Assembly (NCBI GenBank): GCA_000708835.1
Contig: DF237341.1
Span: 23,108 to 87,107 of the forward strand
Direction: 5' to 3'
DNA from: Klebsormidium nitens
Lineage: Eukaryota > Plantae > Klebsormidiophyceae
DNA: 64,000 nt
Shown in pieces: positions 12,717 through 27,850 of this stretch; the stretch's first letter is position 1, and the number at the start of each line of letters is the position of its first letter. Made by a program: the position numbers and the translations under genes. The notes beneath the pieces were generated by a model, which saw nothing but the letters and a program-made list of their open reading frames with translations, was not told where the DNA came from and made no database searches.

Positions 12717-15309
12717 TCAATGATTGCCAAAGTCGTCGTGGAACTTGATGTTGCCGTTCAGGAATGAGTCCGAATCTGCCACGCGGACATGGCATGGTCC
12801 CGTTAGTGCAGCAACTTCACGTTGGACCCTTTGCTCGACAGAGGAAATTCAAGCGGTGCGTGCAACCGTCAGATGGAAATGGTCTCCAGCAGAATAAGAT
12901 GTCTACCCAGCTTGCAGTCGGTGTACAGTCAGGCAACTCGCAAAATCCATACTCGAGCGGGGCAACTTTGCAGCTTACCGGTCATCTCCAAGGACGCCAG
13001 CTCTCGCCGGACATACGCCGCAAGAATCTGCAAAGACGGAGCCAGGTCAACACCTCGGGCAGATGTACGAGAAACTTCCTGAGGAACATCTAAATCTGCG
13101 CCACGTTCAACCCAGGGTACGACCAAGCAGTAACCTTGACTCGCGAGCCTCTCTCATTCTCGATCATCCAGGCCAGTCCTCGACTTTCTCGGCAGCACTG
13201 TTTTGTGGCAGTCTCACCTCGGCGTCGCGCGTCCGCGGCCCTGCGGGCAGCTCCCGCGGCTCGCCTTCCTCCGCTAACACGTTCCTGCATGTCCGCCATG
13301 CACGCGGTCGCTCAATACACACGGAAGGCGGATACCTCGTGCACACAAGCAGTAGACACGTACGGCATCACCAGTGAGATCCCCCCCTGAGGGCGTGGGC
13401 CCGCACAGGGCCGTCTGGTGCGAAAGCAGTGGTCGAGCTGGCTGGCAGCCAACTGGGCAGGCCCCTCAAGGCCGTGGAGGCACTGTCACGAGGAAAGGGT
13501 ACGCAGCGCCATGAGGCTCTGCCTTGCACTGCCTACCTCCAGAGCGCTTGCGGAAGGTCGCCTGCAGCAGCTGTCGGGGCAGTCGCGTCATCGTACGCAC
13601 TGGCCGCTCCATAAAAGTACTTTTCCAGGTCGCGCAAGTACGCAGACGTGTTCATTGTGACCTGCGGAGAAAGGGGTCAGCTCGGCAGTTCGGTGGGGGC
13701 CAGCCCGGGGGGCGAAGCCTTACAAGGAGAACAGAGACGAGAGGCAGGTGAAAGCGAGGAGAAACCAGTACTGCAGACAGAAGCTGGAGCCGTTCCTAAT
13801 GTTGAGTCTCGCTCTGTGGCCCCTTTGGTGCTGGCGCTAGCTGGGGCGCTTACCCCCTCCTTGACAACGCGCTTCTCCACATCGTGCTGGAAGAGGTCGT
13901 AGAGCATCTGGCCCACGGGGGCACCGCGCTCGGGGCCGTCCTTGCGCAGGCGCACCAGGCAGAGCCACACGTGCAACACGAGCAACGAGTAGGTCGTGCG
14001 GAAGGTCACTGGCAGGTGCACCGCTGCGCGTTGCAACAAAGCAAGCCTTCAGGCACTGGCGACTAAACTTGTGGGACGCGGAGTGCAGCTGGGCAACCCA
14101 GCAACAGTCATTGGGTCTGTGTGAAAGGAGGCCAGATCTCGAGAATCTGAGCTGGTGGCCACCAGGAGGCAGGCATAGGTGCCCACCTTGGTAGAGGCGC
14201 TCGTTGAGCACCTGCACTGTGATGTGCTCAAAGAGAGCGGTGCTCCCGCGCGCCACACGACTCTCCGGGGTATAGTACCCCATCACTCGCAACGCAAGCT
14301 GGCGCCAGCCGGCGGGGGCGCTCTCCTTCTTGAACAATGAGGAGGAAGGCGGAAGAGCCAAGGACTCAGGAGCCGCACTTTGAGGATGCTGCAAAGAGTA
14401 GAGCAGGCCACTTCAAACAGTGTCTATGAATTCCTTACGAGCACTCTTGAGATTGGACACGGCACGATCTCAGAAAAGTCGGCCTTTCCGTAATGCTCTG
14501 TCTCATACAGTGAACCGCCAGCGCTGACCTGCTGCCTATGAAGACGGTTAGAAAGTGAGGGCATCTTACTGAAGAAGCTGCCAGCGTACTCCAGAAAGGA
14601 GAAAGCATTCATGACGTCTGCGGAGGACGATGCCAGGCAGATCTTTATTTCCATGAATCGTGCCTTTCACGCAATCAGTGGGGATCATTGGATGGCCTCT
14701 ACATACTATATAGAAGGAGAACGGAGCAGGAACTGAAGAGACTGGACGATGTTGTCAGCAGGGAAAAGGGCTTGCATGCAGGCTTGAGCTGTAAGTGACA
14801 AGGATCAAATATCGGATCTTGTGAAAGGCTGTGCGCTATAGAGCCTTGATCAATCACCCAGTGAGTGGTGTTGTAAGCCAGGGCCTAGCACCACCTCCAG
14901 CATCACCACCACCGAGCCATCGCGTACACAGTGCTGCATCAAGGGTGATAAGAAAGACGGCGCCTACATTTAATATGCTGCCTCGGCTGGCCCCCTCCTG
15001 CTTGTCGCCTTCTCCACCTCGTGCCTTGCCATACATGGCAGATCTTTGTGCAATCTCCTTCTGCCATGTCTGTTTCCACCTTCGCCCACCCAGATCAAAA
15101 GTTGTGTCCCAAGCAGCAGCATTCCCCTGATGCACTCTGTAGCTGGTACTGACCGTCGCCCCAGTCGTTGCGCCAGGGCTCTCCGGGCTGTCCCAGCACG
15201 CCGCAGCCAGATCGCAGGTGGCTACTCCAACCGCTCGCTCCAACTGCGAGCAGCGCCGACTGCTCAACAGAGCGGCCTCCCATATCAGAGATGCAGATTG
15301 CCGCAACAT
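12717..15309 (-). CDS. CBP3: Ubiquinol-cytochrome c reductase chaperone (Cbp3/UQCC1 family), mitochondrial
   Basis: Exons encode LRVMGYYTPESRVARGSTALFEHI...LPVTFRTTYSLLVLHVWLCLVRLRKDG...GQMLYDLFQHDVEKRV...LRDLEKYFYGAASAYD...LPQALWRNV...LAAYVRRELASLEMT-DSDSFLNGNIKF. The last exon is 12775-12717. The R/S/A-rich N-terminus from ATG 15309 fits a presequence; 5' exon structure is uncertain. Confidence 0.88.
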
Positions 15310-16335
15310 TTTGACAACAGTGGCTGGCTGGACCCTCTTTTAACGACTTCCTGTACAATGCTGACAGCAGCGCTCTGCTAGGCGCTCTCCCACTTCGCAA
15401 TTTCGCATTTTAATTGTTGCCCAAATTGCTGCCCACATCAGCTGATGGAATCCACATGTGACATTCCACATGCAGGGCCTGAGCGAAAACTGCAAAACAG
15501 GCTGCAAAGGGATATTTAGGGTTTGGCCAAACAGGGCGAAGGCTTTGACTAACAACGAATCTGAAGCGTCCACTTTTCCACGTTAAAAGATGAACGGTAT
15601 CGAACAATCGCAACTTCGTGCTGCCCCCGTGTTTCGCACTCCCCGAATGCACGTACCATACGTACCCGTACCTACTTATACGGTACCTACCATCGATTCT
15701 TGCGAAAGGTCGCGGGTTCAAAGCCTCGACGTTGGAACTTGGAACATGTACATTTAACTCATCTCAGTAGCCTTTGAGCGAAAGCTGTTGATACTTACAG
15801 CACGCTCGCATGCGCTCGCCTGATAACAACGTACACTCTTGGGTCGATTGGCATGACATTTCGTCCTCCTTTACATTGTGCGTGTGGTTGTGCTTGTCAC
15901 CGGCCTCTTTTGTATTTTGCGACATGAACAAAACTGTAGGGTTCACTTGACAATTTTGATGCTCGTGGTTGCTCACTACTGGATTCTGATCCTGTGTGTT
16001 GGGTTTACTATTGTCTACCAGACAAGAAAGCAACCCTGCATCTGGCCCTTGCTGGAACCGAACATAAATATTGTAGGATGAATGAACTTGCGCCAAAGAG
16101 CTGGGCCTAGCATAGCAGGCAACTTGGGCTGTCTATTATGCTACACACTATTGGAACTATGATCAGCAGCGGTTGAAGATGACCCTCCGCAACAAGCAGA
16201 ATAGAACCCTAGACCTTCTAATAAATTTGGTGATTATCAATTTATCAATGGCTATAGCCTATCCCGCAGCAAGTTCGCAACTTGCTTGTATTCGTTGCCC
16301 TCTTTCTTTGCAGCAAATTGGCTGGGTGCCTTAAT

Positions 16336-19300
16336 TCATTGTGGTTGCTTGATTGTATCTGTATCGTCCTGCAAAGTATCGGAAGCAACCTCTCCTACAT
16401 ACATCTGGTATTGCAGATCGCCCCCTGAAGCACATAGTCGAAGTCCCCTATAATCGCCCCTCGCCTGCGCAGCGCAGATGTCCATCATCCTGCAATGATA
16501 GCGAGCCATGCATGTGCTTCATAGTTTTGCAACCAGATTCCAGGGTGGATCGTTTTGCAGAATCAGAAATCAAGGTAGATTCGTGTGAAAGCTGCCGTTC
16601 GGGAACGAAGCCTATTCAAAGGAACAGTGCCGGAATGCACAAGGGACTCAAACTGGATAAGCTGAAGATACGCCTGCCCTCTTGTTCGGTCACTTGAAAG
16701 TTGTTTTTCGACGTTGGCTTTCCGTACGTTGCTTTCAACGTGATGGACCTTTATCACCTGCTGCACTGCACAAAATCCGGTGAATCTGTATGACCATTTC
16801 AAATGGCTTTCAACTAGGAGATTAAAGGTGACCAGCTCTGTTTATCCTTGACGAGTCCGCTGAACCATCGGCTCAAATGACCAGCCATCTAAAGCAAGTC
16901 AACCAAGAATGGAACAGGAACCAGACAGGTTTAAGTCACTCACGTTCGAAAGAGAGGTCGATCTGCAAAGAAAGGCTGCTCACGAAAGCTCTTCAACGAA
17001 AGCCACTGCAGGAAACAGGGACGATATTGAATATCAATCGTTTTGGCTAACTGCATCATTTTGGCCAAACAGTTGCCAAAGAATAGAGGTGTTTCATTGC
17101 AGACACATTTAGAGCAATGAGGTATGACCTCCCGAGAACGAAAGACAAAGTTGGTCTCATAGATTGTGGTGACATGCGGCTTCTTTCTGTTCGCATTGGA
17201 AATTTCCGCTGCGAGCCCCAAAACACATTCGTCTGTCAAACTATATTGCGGTTGGCTGACCTACAGCTGCCTGCATCAAAGATTTCTCTGCCAGCCTTGT
17301 TAGTGTCTCTTTGAAGTCTCCACGTTTAGCTTACCTTGGCATCGGCGATTTCGGATTCTTGAGGAGTGATGTCATGGCTCAAAGCCCGCAGAGCACACAC
17401 AAAGAAGAGGTCCGACTTCCCATGAGCTATTCCGTGGGCTTGCCTGCAAAAGTCAAGAAGCGGTGGTTGGCGTAAAGGGACGATCACACGCTACGAGAAT
17501 CCAAGAGGCGTTCAGAATCTTGACAACATGGACCGAGATACTTCCTCAATGCTCCCTATTCTTGTCACCTAAACCTTCTCTGCCCACAACCATTCGTTGT
17601 CAAGTACACACCTGAAACACAACACTTCTTGGAATTCTGCATCGATTCCCGTCTCTTCCTTCACCTCTCGTACTGCTGCAGCACAGATATCCTCTCCCTG
17701 AGACACACGAGGGGTCGGATTAAAGATGCGCTACTTCGTAGCAAAACGAAGCCTCTACATCGTTTACTTGGTGACAGAGAAGGCTGCCACGTGCGCATCC
17801 TGTGCGGTCAATGATGGACGACAGCGATGTTCGATTTGCCTGCTCGTACATCCCCCAATGGACCAGATAGAGCGGGTGCCCCGAGGTGGAACTCACGTGA
17901 TTTGCTAAACCCGTTGGCAGCTTCCAGATACCAGTGCCACGAAGTGGGCCGTTCTTCTCTTGTACGGCCAAAACCTGCTCCAAACAAGTTGAGTCCGCTT
18001 CACAAAAGGAAACGTGGGCCAGACTGTGTTCGCCGGTGCTGTCTGAAGGCTGGACGAAAGTTCCTTACGGGCAGAAGCTTTGCGGCTCCTGAAAGTAGCA
18101 CTCAAACCCCTTAGAGCACAAGTGTATGATAAAGTCGCCGAATAGCTGGGTATTACCCCCTGCCAGGTTATAGACTCAGCCGCAACCGGCCCTTTTCATG
18201 TTAGCCTAGCCAAGCTCCAATTTCAATCGTTTTCAAATGGCTGCAAAAGACGTTGACAAAGCCCATGTTGGTCGCTCTGTCCACATCTCTCTGACTTGGA
18301 CGGTGCCCGCTCCTGCATGCCAATTTTGTTAACGTTGCCCCATTTCGATGTATACGCGTTACATGCAGCTTTTCTCGCTTTCTGGGAGTAATCTTCCAAC
18401 TCTCCAGCCATTCTGGGAGTTGATTCCCCATCGAGCCAATTTTTACTCTAGGGCAATCCTTTCTTCCGATGTAGTAGGCCCGTAGTTTGATTCAAGGCTT
18501 TTCTTCCCTCCTGTTATGTTGTCTGTGGTGTGACTCACCTCTCCTGCGTCATTCAGCAGAAAGGCTCCTACACCCACTTGATGGGAGGCGTTGGCAGGCA
18601 GCGTTGACGGCACCTCTGGAAGCCACAGGGTCAGCATGCAGTACCCGGGGTCAGCATGGTGGTAGCCAAAACCTGCCTGCCAGGGGGGAACGGACGTGAA
18701 TTCGTGGACTACGAAGACTCGCATATGGGTCTGCTCCTTCTTGGAGGACATGTCCAGCTGACCAGCACCGCAAAAGAGTTTGATCAGATCACACTATCAT
18801 ACTTCATAAAGGCGGCCTGCCTTAAATGTCCACGAAGCAGATCTCCCGTAGAAATTAGCATGTTCCTGACAGAAGCATGACAAGGGCTGGTGAAAGGAGA
18901 ACTCATCCCTACAAGCAGTCACATCATCTTGGCCTGGACGCTTCAATCACGCTTTCAGTCCTGAATACCCAGCACTTTGCATCTTACTGCAAAACCTTCG
19001 CCGCATCTTATGCACGTAAACTGGTCATTAGAACAAAACCCACATGAGGGCAAGATTCCAGCCTTACCTTGATAGCTGTGGGCACTAGATCCACATGAGA
19101 GAGGGGCAGCTTCAACCAGATCCCTTTCTTGCCCTGCACTCGAGAAGCACAAAGTCACTCACTGAGTTTATGACTGAAATCAGCCTTACAAAGCAGTCAA
19201 TGTCATCAGCCTCAGCCAAGGGATCAACCCAATGACCACTCTACTTTTGAACTTGAAGAGCCCCTGTATTGCCACCTAGCAACACGACTCCAAAAGCATG

Positions 19301-20147
19301 GTGCCCTAGCCCTGAGCTTCCTCAAGCTAACAAGCGAATGGACATCAGCGGAGACACACGTGCGCAATGCTGCCGAATCATTTTGCCTCCATCTCAACCC
19401 CTTATCATCACACCATTCCTGTGTCCATCGATCCGAATAAGCCTGTCCTCAGCTGCCCCGTGCTTTCCGTGCCCAGAATTTAAGCGGTGGAGGGACTTCG
19501 TACGACCAATGTTTGCAACCACCACCACCTACCTGAGCTTTCCAGTGAAGAATTGAGGCTTCTAGCCTGCTCCGGAACTCTTCCACAGTCGATGGTAAGA
19601 GGTCTGCCTCAACGATCATGCCGTCATAGCGATCCTCGATGGCTCCAAGTACTTGGAACCCATGGGTTTCGCTGGTCGAAGCAACCGGGCTGGCGTCCAT
19701 AGCACTGATCCTTCTTACTACCGAACGCTCGCTGCCTGCTTCGTCAGCTCGTTTGTCTACAGCCAGATATGTCTCATGCAGATCCTTGAATACACGACGG
19801 GAGAGGCTATTGGGCTTGGGCACTATCAAAAGATGATTTGCACATCGCATGCGTTCTGGCCCTGAAGCTGAAGCTGGTGGTGATCGTCCCAGTAATAGCG
19901 TGGTTGGCTGATGGGCCCAGCATTCTTTGCTCCCACCCTGAATGGAAAGATCAACACAAGATCGTTGCTGAAAGCGGAACTTGAAGGACGTCCTACTCCA
20001 GATTCGAGCCATCTGCCTGGAACCAACGCAATGCAGGCTGCAGCCACTAGGTAGATTGGTGGTCCACTTGTGTGCAGCACTAATTGGTGACGAGCAGCGC
20101 CCGAGTGTGAACGTGGCCGGTGTCCCACTGTCACTCAATGCAGCCAT
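16336..20147 (-). CDS. Nudix hydrolase, plant NUDT2/7/8 (human NUDT6-like) subfamily with long N-terminal transit-like extension
   Basis: IEDRYDGMIV...LEASILHWKAQ-GKKGIWLKLP...GFGYHHADPGYCMLTLWLP...LPANASHQVGVGAFLLN...VLAVQEKNG...GIWKLPTG...GEDICAAAVREVKEETGI (Nudix box GX5EX7REUXEEXGU)...KSDLFFVC...QESEIADAKW. The final exon MMDICAAQARGDYRG...PQ* ends at 16336. Confidence 0.93.
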
Positions 20148-20375
20148 TATGGACGGCTTCGCGCGCTTCCCGTGGTGTCAGATTGTCCACGTGCTATATA
20201 TCCGACGGCGTTGGCGGGGGGCATGGCCTCAGCCGCTAACTTTTGCCTGTTCTCATCAGTTGCCCACTGGCATCAGACTCGAAGGGACAGAAGAGACGAC
20301 TGCCTAGGTCCGTTGCTGGCATTGGCATCTGCACGCTACCTCCGTCTACGTACAGTTGCGAAGAAACAAAGAGAC
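20148..20375. promoter_or_regulatory. Putative bidirectional promoter / shared 5' region between Nudix and SLP1
   Basis: Only 228 bp separate the two divergent ATGs (20147 on minus, 20376 on plus). Inferred from gene geometry; no TSS data. Confidence 0.5.
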
Positions 20376-23300
20376 ATGGCGGCAACACATGCTGCGCTGA
20401 AGGCATTCGGTGGCTGTCATCTACAATCGTCAATACATAGGCAATCGTCAAATGTTGATGCGTCTTTGGATTTACAGGCTTCAACGAGTGGGCGATTCTC
20501 CGCACCTTTTCAGAATGACAAAAAGACTCGAGGGTCTGCCAGGACTTGGTCTCCCTGGAGGGACAATATCCCTCTGACCAGCAAGAGAGAGTTGCTACTA
20601 CATGCTATGGGCAGGAAAGGGCGGTGTCAGTGTAAGCAGGCTGGTTTGCCATGGCCCTATTCTCGACCTCTCGGCCAGCAGCGCAGGGACTTCCTTGCCT
20701 GGTGCATAGCTGCTCTGGTGGGGGGGCAAGTAGGGACAGCATGTGGATCGGACATGGGGGCAAAATCAGGGGCTCTGGCGAGCAGCGCTGTGTGTCAGCA
20801 GCCGGTTGTCCAGGGGCCGGTGGAGGTCAGCGTCATCCCGCGCTGGTCTGGAGTGGACGCTGGGCACATTATTGAGGATGGCGGGTATCCTCCAACAGTG
20901 GTCGCAGCACCGGGGCGGAGAGTAGTTGCGTGTGAGTCTGGCTTCCATGTCTGCCTCTCTATTTAGGGTTTCAGGTTGGAAAGGTCCAGAATCAGCATTA
21001 TACCAATGCACTTGGGGAATACATTGGCTGCCCCCTTTGGTGTGCATGCGGTGCCTGCTGTTGGGCTTAGCTGGTAACTCAATGCTTTGCGCTGACGCAA
21101 TGTTGGAATGTTAGGCTGTAAAGTCGCGGACATACATCTGATGGTTGAGAATCCAAGTGCAAAGCGCCCAATGCACGAATGACATGTCAGCCTTTTGGTT
21201 CTGCATACATTGAAGGCGTCAGCATTTCTATTTCTGATCTGCACCCAGCTCTGCTTAAGTTGCGCATTGCTTATGGTTGACCAAAGCATGTTATGGTGCA
21301 GCTGGTGACTTTCACGGCGACATGCGGGCGGCACGGCGAGCCCTGCAGCTGGCGGGTGTGCTGAGCCAGGACCAGCAGGACCGGTGGACGGGGGGCAGCT
21401 CCGTGTTTGTCCAGGTGGGGGATGTCTTGGACCGGGGGGACGACGAGATTGCCATCATGTCACTGCTGGCGCACCTCAGCCGCCAAGCCAGCGCAGCCGG
21501 AGGGGCCCTCTACCAGGTAAAGCATATGAAACCAAGTTCTATCAGTAAGTTGGGTCTGCTATTAGCCTACCGGAAGTTTGTCCTACTGCACTGAATCTGG
21601 CAACCGATGCAGTGCCACTCTGGATCCACATTGTCATTCCATGTTCAGTGTATGCTGAGTGCATGTCACATGCAATAAGCCTCTTCTCACTGCGTTCTTT
21701 GCAGGTTTGTGGGAATCACGAAACAATGAATGTGTATGGCGACTTTCGATACGTGACTGAGGAGGGGTTCAAGGAGGGCGATTGGTTTGACCGGTGGGCC
21801 CGCGAGAACTATGGCGGCGACCACATGGCCGCCTTCCAGAGCTGGTACAAGGAGGCGCCCCTTGCCAAGTAAGCCCGCACCAGGCTGCCCCCGCTGAGCC
21901 GGCCTACCAGGTCTCAAGCCTGGCCCCGCAGCCCTGAGAAGCTGTCCTGTATGTGTGATGGCTGCAACTCCCTCTTCTTGTATCAATGTCCGACGGAGGA
22001 TGCTCCGCCCCCTGATGTGTGCCTCCCCTGCCTGGGTGTGGCAGGCAGCAGCTGAAGCGGTCGCCCAGTGCGTCATGGAACCCGCTGCTGGCCAACAGGC
22101 CCCGTAGGGTGCGGCAGGAGCTGTTTGAGCCGGGGGGTCCGCTGGCGCGGGTCATGGCCGGCTACAGCGCTGTGCTGCAGGTCAACGACTCGCTGTTTGC
22201 GCATGGGGGGGTCCTCCCGCACCACGGTCAGTCACCGCCGCGCCCCTCGAGAGACAAGGTTGAAGCAAAAGCTCGGTGATGTCAGAGATACATTGCGCTG
22301 CCCAAAGTAGGGCCCAGGCCTGTACCCATTGGCCATATGCTCGTCTTAAACATGTCGGCCCGGATGCGCTTCAGGCTCAAGGATGTTGCACACATAGCTC
22401 AGCCTGAGTGTCTTGCTGACACGGCCTGCTCGCTTGCCTGGCCAGTTGACTACGGGTTGGAGCGGCTGAACCGCGAGGTGTCGCGCTGGATGCTGGGCCA
22501 CACGGACCGCGTCACAGGAGAGCCGCAGGAGCAGCCCTTCCTGGCCACGCGCGGCTACAACAGCGTCATGTGGTCACGCCTCTACTCCCGCGAAGAGTAC
22601 GACTCAGGGGCGGAGCGTGACCAGGTGCGCACTGCACCACCCCAGTCTCACAACCCGCTTTCTTGCGTCAGCTGCGGCAACTCGGCTGGTCCCCTCGGTT
22701 TCTGGTGCCCCTTATATAAAGGGGCCAGTGAAAAAGTCGTTTCATGTCTCCGTTGGGTTGAGACGCTCTCTGTGCCCGGCTGGCCGCCCCCCTGAGCCGC
22801 TACTGTGTGTCCTGTGCCGGCAGGTGTGCATGACGCTATCCAAGGCCCTGCGCATGGTCCCCGGGGCCAAGCGCCTCATCGTGGGGCACACGCCGCAAGA
22901 GACAGGGGCCAACAGGTAGGCACACAGCCGCGCTAAACGTACCTCTGCTGCAGCTTCTGGCAGGCTCTGGTGCGAATCGTTTTGGAGGCTTGCGATGACG
23001 GCCGGGCTCCGTCCACTTTGCGTGTGAGACAGGTAAAAACGTGGTGATGCTCACTGACGCAGCAGAGGGTTTGATAGCTGTCCAGTTGATAACGTGGCCG
23101 GTGTTTGAGTAGGGAATATAGAATATCCAATTTTCTCAGAAGTTGCCAAGACCAACGCGTCACGCAAACATTCACAGAGTTCTGCCCGTCCGAAAGCACA
23201 AGCATCCAGAATCAGCCGCACCAGTCTGGAAATTGCAAAGCACAAGTCTGTACTCCAGTAGTCAGTCATCCAGTCTGGGCAATGTATTCCAGCAATCTCA

Positions 23301-23855
23301 AGGTATCTTACGTTGAGCATCGCAATCGAAGCTGTCCTTAGCCAGAGCTTGCTTTGTTTGACGGCTTGAACTTAAACCAGGCCGACTTTGAAGGTTAAGT
23401 TTCCTCCCACTCTCGGTTGAACCCAAGAGCAAGCAGGGTATCAGTCTCCCTCTTGTGTGTGTGCAGTGAGTGCAACGGTCGCATCTGGCGAATAGACGTG
23501 GGCATGTCCAGCGGCATCCTGCAAGCTGCCCCGCAGGTGAGCTGCGTTAACACCAACTGCTCTGCAGACAGCACCAGTGCTTGAACATAAGGCAGTGGCC
23601 AACTTCCATATGACATGGGTTGGTCGTGCATCGAAAGGCCCCAGCAAGCTCGTCTGTGCCGGATATTCGAGGTTTCGGTGGCCTCCTTTTGAGTAACGAA
23701 ATGCAGCGTGCTTGCAGCGTTGGCAGGCTGGTTTGATCAATAGTGCATAAACGCCAAGTTAACTTGTCGTGCAGGTACTCGAGATTTCTGGGAGCGACGT
23801 CCGGGTACTCAGCGAGGAGACTGGCCGCGACTTATGGTTGGCATCGTACATATAA
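20376..23855 (+). CDS. SLP1: Shewanella-like protein phosphatase 1 (PPP-family metallophosphoesterase), plastid-targeted
   Basis: PPTVVAAPGRRVVA-SGDFHGD...WTGGSSVFVQVGDVLDRGDDE...GNHETMNVYGDFRYV...FAHGGVLPHH...SVMWSRLYS...LIVGHTPQ...GRIWRIDVGMSSG...VLEI...SYI*. It has the GDxHG, GDxxDRG and GNHE motifs plus the SLP-specific IDVGMS motif. The transit peptide and many introns fit SLP1 rather than SLP2. Confidence 0.93.
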
Positions 23856-24207
23856 GTCTAACAATCACCAATGTTTGAGTAACCTCGCAATCTGCTGGCG
23901 TAAAATTGTACTTCTAAAGTGTACAACCTTCATGAGGCACTCAATTTGTAAATAGTTTTCGAACTGCAGCTTTACAGAGGGGGAATTAGTTGCCACTGCG
24001 GGTAGGATGCGGTCAGAAATTACTGATTGGATCGGGCGCCAGCTCACGTGTTGACGGGTTGAAGTTCTTAAATAAGGGGAAATTATGGGGTATTTGTGTT
24101 ACATGCTCCAACCCCAGCTACATGGAACTTCCTGATTTGTATACAACTTCCGAGAGGATTCTGTAAGTCAAGAATACTGTTCTTTGAAAGGTGACGGGAA
24201 GTAACTC

Positions 24208-24296
24208 TTAGGTTCCAACGTTGACCCTCATGATCATTTTTGCCATGAGAACCTATGGCCTATTTTTGGCTACGGCGCATTTGGAAAAAATCCATC
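24208..24296. repeat. Dispersed degenerate repeat, one of three copies (also about 1988-2028 and 31920-32008)
   Basis: Shared core tgccatg-N4-8-cctatggcc-N4-8-ggctacggc. The 24.2 kb and 31.9 kb copies also share flanks (ttagg...cctca upstream; tttg(g)aaaa...catca downstream). Confidence 0.6.
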
Positions 24297-25304
24297 ATAA
24301 GAAGCGTGTAGTCCAGGTCATGATGGTTTTGTGCCGCGCAGGCGATGCAATGAGATCATTGTAATATGTCTTCTTGCAGGTTCAATCAATGCAACAAGTA
24401 TAGGTACTGCAGCTAGTCACTAAGCTGGCAAGGCGGCGGCAGCGTATGGATTGATTCAAATATACGCATGTACATGCAGCACTTATACCTGAAGAGCTTT
24501 ACCGGTACGTACTAGAAGTCAATGGCACTGAGCTCTACTCTATAACCAAGGGTACATATACTCGATCGTTCTTCTGCATGAGAACACTGTGCGTGTGGCC
24601 CGGTGGTGTTTAACAAAATTCAGCGCGGAAACCCCAACATGAGCATGGGCACACTGACCTCTTAAGCTATCGCGTCCAGTGCATGCATGTCAGACAGCTC
24701 AGTACAACATATTACAGCTATACTTGGAGTACATGCTTCTGTAAATATTGATGAATACCAACCAATCTTCAACCCGGAGGCCCATGTTTAAGATAGGTAC
24801 GTTTCACTTTTGCAATGGCGTCATCATGTTTTCAGGAAGTAGAATCAGCGAACTTGTTATGCACTTCAAAAGCAAATGCTGCGCTTCGTTACAATCACGT
24901 ACGGATTTCACGCATACACCATCTTCAATCAATCATACGAGCTATAGGTGCCTCAATTCCAAACAACCTGACCAAACCAGGCATGTGCCCGTGACTGAGA
25001 TCCGAAACGATTGAATGGACCTTCTTCAGGTCAATACTGTAAAAGGAGCCGGCATGACAAGGTGATTGGGGTCCGGTTTAAGGCCAGTTGTTAGCGTCAG
25101 GAGCCGGCAAGGATTTGCACTCGGTACCGTGCGCATCGGATATCCGACAAATATTTCTGCCAGAAGCTGCTTGGAGGGGTTGGTTGTCCACGGTACGCCC
25201 GAATCTTCAAATCGATGCTGACGTCAGAACCAAGTCGGACAGCGAGCGACCATACCTCGAGGTCCAATCATCCGCTGGCCTGGTGCTCGCGGCCTTTAGT
25301 GGTG

Positions 25305-27850
<2,546 letters not shown>

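Noticed and set aside
15695-15725. tRNA T-arm/B-box-like string ggtcgcgggttcaaagcc
   Set aside because: No pairing T-stem, D-arm, A-box or acceptor stem can be built around it.
15764-16096. Overlapping short ORFs, one hydrophobic, between CBP3 and Nudix
   Set aside because: No splice structure, codon bias or family motif; probably UTR or intergenic.
22964-23032. Possible poison exon (cag/...cag/gtaa, in-frame TGA) in an SLP1 intron
   Set aside because: It would leave an implausibly short upstream intron (under 50 nt), and such splice-like words are common by chance.
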